A stretch of 39,821 nucleotides of DNA from Hydrurus foetidus (Eukaryota): positions 1 through 39,821 of the forward strand of contig UYFQ01000749.1 in NCBI GenBank assembly GCA_900617105.1, in the 5' to 3' direction. How positions within the stretch are numbered: position 1 is the stretch's first letter; the number at the start of each line of letters is the position of its first letter. The position numbers and the translations under genes were made by a program. The notes beneath the pieces were generated by a model. That model saw only the letters and a list, made by a program, of their open reading frames with translations. It had not been told where the DNA came from and did not search any database. Shown one piece after another: positions 32,186 through 39,821 of this stretch.

Positions 32186-35100
32186 ACGCATTACATTATT
32201 CCCCACCCACACACGCACCTCCACACACACACACACCCGTACATGCACTTACCCCCACCGGTCCACGTTTGGCTGACTCCACTAGCGGGGTTGAATCGTG
32301 CGACCGTATTGTATTTAGTGCAAACACCTGTAATATATACAACGCAATTAAAACAAAACACATACTGCTTGATACTTGTGCTGGTGAGTCGGTATTCAAC
32401 GACTCATCCCTGTTATACAATGTAAAATCTGCCACCACTCCCATGATTGTTAGCGGGGTGAATCCGAAAGGAAAACCGCTAATAGTCAAGGAGCGTGGCG
32501 AATCAGCGTTCGGCAATGTATATTATAGCCCTGACTGTGCTGGTAACATACTGTCTTTCGGTAATGCTGTACGTGACTGTACTGATGTTATGTACTTACA
32601 TGACCATGACTGTTACATAGTACAGGATGTCACTGGTGACTATTTCTACAGATTCTCGCGAGATGAATCTATGAATATATACCAGTGCAACCTTGACACT
32701 ATGGTGACTAAATGCATGCCACTATTAGTTACAACCGTAGAAGAGAAAAAGAAGAAATATACAGTTAGAGAGGTCAGAGACGCTTCGCTAGCTAGAGACT
32801 ATCAGCGTAGGCTAGGTTACGCTAGCGCAGCACAAACTATCAAGTTGATATCCCAAGGGAATTTGACTAATAGCAAAGTGACTGCGCGAGACGTACACCG
32901 AGCAGTAGACATATGGGGACCAGACATTGGATCCCTAAAGGGTAAAACTACTAGCCACCAAGCTAAGCTAGAAGAGAAGTTACCTCTTATAGGCACAGAG
33001 TATAAGACAGAACAGATCATGTACATTGATATAATGTTTGTCAACCAAATACCTTACCTAGTATCAGTTGTACAGCCTATTGAATTCCTGTTTGTTAGCA
33101 AGCTAGCCAAGAGAGATCACAAAACACTATGGAACAGTCTAAAGACAGCCATAGCAGGCATGACTAAGTATCACTTTAAGATTAAGATGATAAGAGTAGA
33201 CGGTGAAGGCGCCATAAACACCGAATGGTTCCACAACAAAGTCAGTCTCAGAGGTATCATTTTAGATGTTACCGGAGCCGGGGAAGCCGTAGCCGTAGTG
33301 GAGCGCAAGATTAGTCAGATCCGTTATTAACACGCTGCCATTTGAATTAAGCGAGAAACTTGAAGTGTGGTTAGTTAAGTATGCAGTCAGTAGAATTGTA
33401 TTAGCTCCCACACGTAACTCTATAGATCACATCAGCCCACGAGAGAAACTCAGCGGTAGAAAGATTGATGTAGATAAAGAGATTAAGCATGGTTTTGGTG
33501 ATTATGTCCAAGTGCACAATGATGTTATTGACAACTCTACCAAACCAAGAACAGCCGGGGCCATAGCACTTATGAGCTCCGGCAATCTAGAAGGTTCATG
33601 GTACTACATGCTGTTAGCAAATGAACAAATTGTTAAACGTACAAAAGCAACCGTACTACCCATGCCTAACGAAGTTGTGTTACACTTAAACAGTCTGGCA
33701 GCGAATAGAAAAACTGCCAATGTTAAACAACCTGTATTCGAGAATAGCCACACCCTATTCGATGATGATGATGATGTTGACGATGACCCTGAATATATTG
33801 GTGACATTGAGTATGATACCATTGACGAATCTGCTGACGCAGAAGAAACCGATGAAATAACTGAAGACAACCAACATGTTGACAATGACACATACCCTGA
33901 GCCACAACAATATATGTACGACGAAAACAACCCACCGACATTAGATGAGTATGTAGATGGCACACTATATACGAATGACACCACTCACACTAATGACGAA
34001 CTATATTACGATAACCACACACATGATGATTCAAATCAATACGAAACACATGAGCGTTCACCCAGATACAATCAAGCACTAATCGATGATATATTTGGCA
34101 TAAGTGATGATGAAAATGACTTTGATGATGTAACTGCGCAACCCGAAGTATTCTCACCACCTTCAGTAATAGAAACAGAATATGATTTACCAGACAGTGT
34201 TTCACCTTTGTTGCGTAGAAGTGGTAGAAACCACCAACTAGGTAAATGGAATAGGAAATATGTTGGTAGCATGTTTTATAAAAACACATTCCTATATAAA
34301 ATGACTGTTAGTGAAGGAATTAATAAGTTAGGGGTGCTAGCTGTTGATTCCATTACATCCGAATTAAAACAAATGTGCGATAAGGATGTATGGGAAGGTG
34401 TAACTTATGAATCACTTACCCCTAAACAAAAACGCACCATCATACCGAGTAGTATGTTTCTAAAAGAAAAGTACACGGCTGATGGTATGTTTGAAAAACT
34501 GAAATCTAGACTAGTGGCCGGTGGGCACCTACAAGATAGAGATGTCTATAACAATGGTGCATCCCCTACTGCTAGCACATCCAGCGTATTTATACTAACT
34601 GCGATTGCTGCTAAACAGAACCGTGCTATTGCCACTGTTGATTTCCCCGGTGCATTCCTGAATAGCGATATGCCGCTAACCGGTGACCATGTTGTATACA
34701 TGCGATTAAATAAACAACTGACTGCTGCACTAATACAAATAGATGCAACATATAACAAATACATAAATAAGAATGGAACATGTATCGTGAAACTAAAGAA
34801 AGCTTTATATGGATGTGTAGAATCTGCTAAGTTATGGTATGACAAACTATCCAGTGATTTGATTAAACTCAATTATACTGCAAACGAATACGACATCTGC
34901 GTATTCAATAGAACCGAAACTGACAACACACAAACCTCATTAGTAATTCATGTTGACGACATGATTATTACTGCTTCAACTGAATCCTGCGTGGATGAGG
35001 TTATAAAGCAGATTGAAACTATATACCCCGGTCTAACCAAACACCGCGGCAAAGTTTTAAATTACATAGGTATGACCTTCGACTTCAATAACGAAGGAGT

Positions 35101-35774
35101 AGTCAAGATGACGATGGAAGGGTTTGTAAAAGATCTCATTGAGGGGTGCACGGACATGCCGGGCACGGCTACCACTCCTGCACGGCCCAATCTGTTTGCT
35201 ATACCTGATGAATCTAACCCATTATTACCTGATGACTTGCGTGAGCGTTTCCACTCCATTACAGCTAAGCTACTGTACCTGAGTAAGAGGACTAGGCCGG
35301 ACATTCTCACGGCCGTAGCATTCCTTAACAAGCGGGTGCTGAAGCCCCAAAGGGATGACTACGACAAGCTGTCCCGTACGATCCAGTACATACGGGGTAC
35401 CCAGCACATGGGTATTACATTTGAAGTACATGAACCTATCCATGTTACTGCATATATCGACGCATCCTTTGCCATACACCCCGACATGAAAAGCCACACA
35501 GGTAGCATGGTCACATTGGGGAAGGGGGCAATTTGTGCCAAGAGCGGGACACAGCGCCTGATGACCAAGTCCAGCACAGAGGCCGAGCTAGTCGCACTCA
35601 GCGACGCCGCCAACCAAGTGCTATGGACCAGGAACTTCCTGGAGAGCCAAGGACACCTACAGCCTCCCGCACTAGTGTACCAGGACAACCAGTCCACGAT
35701 ACAGTTAATTCGTAATGGTCGTTCTAATAGTGAACGTACACGTCACGTCGACATACGGAATTTTTTCCTGCACG
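32176..35774 (+). pseudogene. Element D Pol (-1 frame relative to gag); small frameshifting deletion near 33320 and truncation by insertion
   Basis: LLDTCAG protease, integrase (YIDIMF, RVDGEG, VERKI), RT (KSRLVAGG, DFPGAFL, LKKALYG, HVDD) and RNase H up to HVDIRNFFLH. Confidence 0.9.
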
Positions 35775-36770
35775 TGTAGCCGTCTGGGGCCCTCGGGACC
35801 TTGGACCCCATTCCGTCTGTTTGGGTTCATACCCAAACACACTGTAGACTTCTAGGTAGACTCCTAGCACCCTGGTAGGATGTTTCCCTGCTCATATATA
35901 GTTCAACAACCCCTTTGTAAGCCTAACCCAACACCTCCTAGCCCTCTAGCCTAGTTCCTTCAGGGCCACAGTGACGTCACTTCCCACCAGCTTCTATAGT
36001 TTCCTAGTGTTCATTCGTGTTTTTCGCCGTCTTCCAGTGCTTCGCTGGAAAGTTTAAGAAATCCCTCGTGAAGAGGACTTTCCAGAGTTCCCTCTACTCA
36101 GAGATCGATTGTTTTTGGCGGAGCAACGTGCTATTCGAGAGGAACTCGAAAACCGCTGCCCAACTCCGGAGATTACCTACGCCGACGACGATCCAGATCG
36201 TCCGCCTGACAATCCTCCGTCTAATCCATCAACTTTCACCGACCCACGTCCGTGGACAGTAGCTCCTACAGTCCTACGTCATTCTCTTGATAGAGAAACC
36301 GCGAGTTCATCGCTTTATAACGCCTCTAATTACTACTCTACTCCTTCCACACACCCAGCACTCTCTTGCGTAACCCCTGCACCTTCAGCTTTTAAGCGAA
36401 GTCGACCGGTTTTCAAACCGAGAACAGTTGAGAAGCGACTTCCAGCAAGTTCGCTCCGCTGTATACCGAGGTTTCAACACGAAACCTTGTCGAATTTGTT
36501 GGAAACCAACGAATTTCTGAGTGTTACGCCTGTTTCTGTATTGCAAACTCGACCAACTTATAAGTCGACATTCACACCGGTTCAACAAACCGAGTCAAAC
36601 CTAAGCAATCCACTTAGAGAGAAAAACGTTCCGGGGTTATATCCCGTTGAGCGTGGAAACGCTTCTTACGAGGCGTCGGGAGATAGTTTTCTATACGAAA
36701 ATCTCCAGAATATAATTCCAACACTTCGTGTGGAATTATTGACTGAAAACACTCACCCTATGGTGAAGAA
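35775..36770 (+). mobile_element. Putative LTR element F (candidate LTR 35775-35970 plus start of an unidentified ORF), inserted in D and interrupted by B3
   Basis: D homology ends abruptly at a TGTAG start. TGTAGCC...GGCCACA form imperfect terminal repeats and a TATATA box lies near 35895. An open frame at 36058-36770 has no recognisable motif. Confidence 0.45.
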
Positions 36771-37086
36771 TGTTGGGATTTCTCTAAATCCGGATGCTTT
36801 GTGACTAATGCGACCGGAGACCCAAGGCTCGTAAAATAGGTTTGTGTTGCGTAATTACTTGATAATTAAACTTGTGCACCGGCATCAATCAAGACGGCAA
36901 CGAAGCTTTACATATCAAGACAATTGCACGTTTTCACCCATGTTGAAGACAGGTGAATGGATGGCTCCACGAGCCCACACATCCAACGGTCAGCGGTACG
37001 TGCGCTATGATGCACGCCGCTGTCCGTCGGGTTCCATACATATACTATACAACTACAGCAGTGTCTTTTCTCCGGATACTCCAACA
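36771..37086 (-). repeat. 3' LTR of B3 (316 bp)
   Basis: TGTTGG...CCAACA; homologous to the B2 LTR and retains the CAAGTTTAATTA motif (36863-36874). Confidence 0.93.
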
Positions 37087-37229
37087 CACCCAACAGTCAC
37101 GCAGTAGTTGAGCACCCAGGCATGCATAGGATTTTCATGTCAGCAATAAAATAAATATGAATTGTTTTGCAAGCAGTAACGTCTAACTAAGTGTTCTCGA
37201 ATGGTGCAGTGCATCTGCCTCCGGCACCC

Positions 37230-39821
37230 TTAATTTCTTTCCTTTGTCCGTGGCCCATCCTGTGAGCCCGTCTCTCTCTCTCTGAACTGGGACCCTTGGA
37301 GCGGCTTGGTCAGTACGTTCGCGTACATGTCCTCGCTCCGTAGGTACTCCACACGCACTTCTCCGGTCACCACCCGCTCTTTCACCCAGAAGTAACGGAT
37401 CTGGATGTGGCGTGTGCGCTCCGCTCCGGATCTCCCGCGCTCCACTAGTGCCATGCAGGACTGGTTGTCCTGGTAGATGGTCACCGGCTCCATTTTGTAA
37501 CCCTGTGCAATGAGAAAAGTACGGATGAATATGCCCTGATTAGCTGAGTCGGACAGCCCTACCAGCTCCGCCTCCGTACTCGACTTTGTCACTATCAGCT
37601 GCTTCGATGATCGACAGTGCACGGCCCCGATGTCTCCAATCACAACGCAGCTCCCCGTGTGGGACTTTCCATCGCTGTGTACCCCGTAGGATGCGTCCAC
37701 GAATAGCCGTACTGAGATCCCCTCCGCACCCGGCCTCAGCACTACGCCGCTGTCCCTCGTCGCGTGTATGTATCGCACTAAGCGCTGTAGTTTGTCGACA
37801 TCGTCTGTCGTGCACTTGTGAACTCGCGTGGCTAGAAAGGCCACAGCTACTAGGCACTCCGGCTTGGTACGCTTGGCCAGGTAGAGCACCATGGCGACCA
37901 CCTTGTGGAACCAGACTCGCACTGGCTCTGTTACTGCACCAGCACCCTCCCTTGTCTCGAACAGTCCCTCTGTGGCCGGTGTCCGCGCTACCCCTTCACT
38001 CCTGATATCTTGACTATCTCGTCGCAGTATCCTGTGGTGGTGATCATCGCCTGTCCTGGTACATGCATGTCTATTGCCATACCGAGATAGTTTATGACAG
38101 GACCATGCGATAAAGTGATTGCACCGTACCTTTTGCGCAGTCCATCGACTAGGTGAGCCATGGTCTCCTTGCTCTTGCTCGTGATGAGTAAGTCGTCTAC
38201 GTGTACTGCAGCAGTACACTGATGCCCGTCTGGGCCCGTCGGTTGAATACGCATTTATCGCTGATATTCCGTACGTACCCCAGTCCCCGCATGGTGGCGT
38301 GCAAATTCTCATACCACAGTCCGGCGCTCTCTACGCACCCGTATAGCGCTTTCTTCAGATGCACTGTGACTCCCCCTCTTGCATCTGTGTACTTACCGTA
38401 CGATGGGTCGATGCTGATGATGATATCTGTCATGGTGCGATCAAGGCGCATGTGCACTGGCACATCCATCGTCATGTCCGCGTTGAGATATGCCCCGCTG
38501 ATGTCTACTACTGCGACTCGTCGCTTCTCATGTGCTGCAACGGTCAACAGGGTGAATACCGCACTGGTGGACACGGTTGGGGAGGATAATCCTCGTACAG
38601 ATCCTTGTCTTGTTGGTCGCCCCCTGCGACCAGTCTAGCTTTGAGCTTGTGGAAGCTTCCGTCTGGGTTGTTCTTCTGCTTCAAGAACATGGACGATCTG
38701 ATGGTAGATGCTCTCTGCATCGCTGACAGCTTGCCCCCCATCACCGGCACCCATACCCTCTTGTCTATCATCTGTTTGAGCTCTGACACGATGACCTTCT
38801 TGGCTTCGTCCCCTCTGGTGCGAAACGCCTCTTTGACACTGATGTTGGCTGTGCTGCTCTTGCTCATTTCCTCCCTATGGCGTTTCATCACTTCGTCTAT
38901 GGTGTGTTCGACTGTGCTCCGCCTGCTGTCTCGCGGTGGTACCCTCCGTGCTTGTCACGAACGCGTCCTCGTTCGTACGGACTGACCGTAGTCACCATTC
39001 GCTCTGTTGGTGCTGGTGTTCTACGTGGCTCTCTCACCGTCGATTGCACTGTGTGTGCTGAGCTGCTGTGGGAATGATTCGCTGTCGAGTGCAGGTGTGT
39101 CGACTGGACTGTCGTCTGGTTAGTCGATGGTGCGAGTGGTGGTGTGGTGGTGTAAGTACGTCGCTGTCTTGCACCCCATCTGTTCGGGTTCCTCAGTTCC
39201 GATTTCATCGGGTATAATCTGTTGTTTCCGCTGCTGCGACTGGTCCCCCCCCCCACATCGGAAGTAGGGATCTCGAAAATGCTGTCTGCTGATTGTAGGT
39301 CGGTGAGTGTGGGTTGTTGGTCACCGATCCGGCGTCGACAAGTGCATCCTGAGTGGGGGGTTGGTAATGAAATGTGGCATTTTAGACTTGTCGAGACTGT
39401 TCGCGAATAGCAGTTCATCAAACACATGCAATTGAGTTTGAATGATTTTCTTCCCTTCTCTGACTGCCATGGCATTCAGTGTCGCGATGACTGACTGTGG
39501 CATCGGCAGTATCTTGAATTGGTCCCTTGTGACGATTTTGCCGGTTGCCAATGACAGCATCTTGAATGATCCAGTCCTGCTGTGTGTAGGCAGCATGACA
39601 ATGCAATCTTCAGTTCTAGATAGCATAGTGTTGTTGGTGTTTGGTACTGTACAGACGGCGTAATCCCCATAGGCGGCACGGAAGTCCAGGTTCCCGTCAA
39701 CCCGCCGTCCAGAAAATAGCTCTCGTGGTGAAAGACCCCCGGCCTCGATTCTGACTGCTGGCAGTTAATGCGGGAAATGCAGTACAGAGCTAGATAGGTT
39801 AGACAGAGTTCGGTAGGAGTG
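37230..39821 (-). pseudogene. B3 pol (IN C-terminus, RT, RNase H) with multiple frameshifts
   Basis: Fragments KARLVAGGDQQDK, DISGAYLNA, LKKALYG, HVDDLL, FVDASY and SSTEAEL occur in different frames. Confidence 0.92.

Larger units (their letters stand above)
30656..35774 (+). mobile_element. Copia element D (5' LTR, gag, pol), interrupted in RNase H at 35774/35775
   Basis: Candidate LTR with a 7-bp terminal inverted repeat TGTCGGA...TCCGACA, gag with a CCHC knuckle, and pol with IN-RT-RH. Related to element A. Confidence 0.9.
36771..39821 (-). mobile_element. Copia element B3 (B2-like subfamily), 3' half
   Basis: 3' LTR at 36771-37086 similar to the B2 LTR, PPT GTTGGGTG at 37087-37094 (minus strand), and pol fragments. 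Confidence 0.95.

Overview
Eukaryotic genomic window. The host is probably a plastid-bearing stramenopile alga, inferred from a signal peptide + 'AAF' plastid-type presequence and diatom-CoDi-like copia motifs. Three intron-containing host genes are present: an LRGUK-like LRR protein, an ALG12 mannosyltransferase and a plastid-targeted PDZ-FKBP. They lie among nested Ty1/copia LTR retrotransposons: A (3' end only), B1 with B2 nested in its RNase H, an apparently intact and young C, D interrupted by a putative element F, and B3 nested in F. Main discovery: all four elements with a visible 5' LTR (B1, B2, C, D; three divergent families) lack a tRNA primer-binding site. Instead, the 10-12 nt directly after the LTR are the exact reverse complement of a motif inside the same LTR, which is the geometry of Tf1-type self-primed reverse transcription, here in Ty1/copia elements. 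The three families also appear to use three gag-pol strategies: a single ORF, UGA-CGG readthrough, and a candidate -1 frameshift at G_GUA_AAC. Two families carry antisense tRNA-like A-box/B-box cassettes in their 3' UTRs. All comparisons were made by eye.
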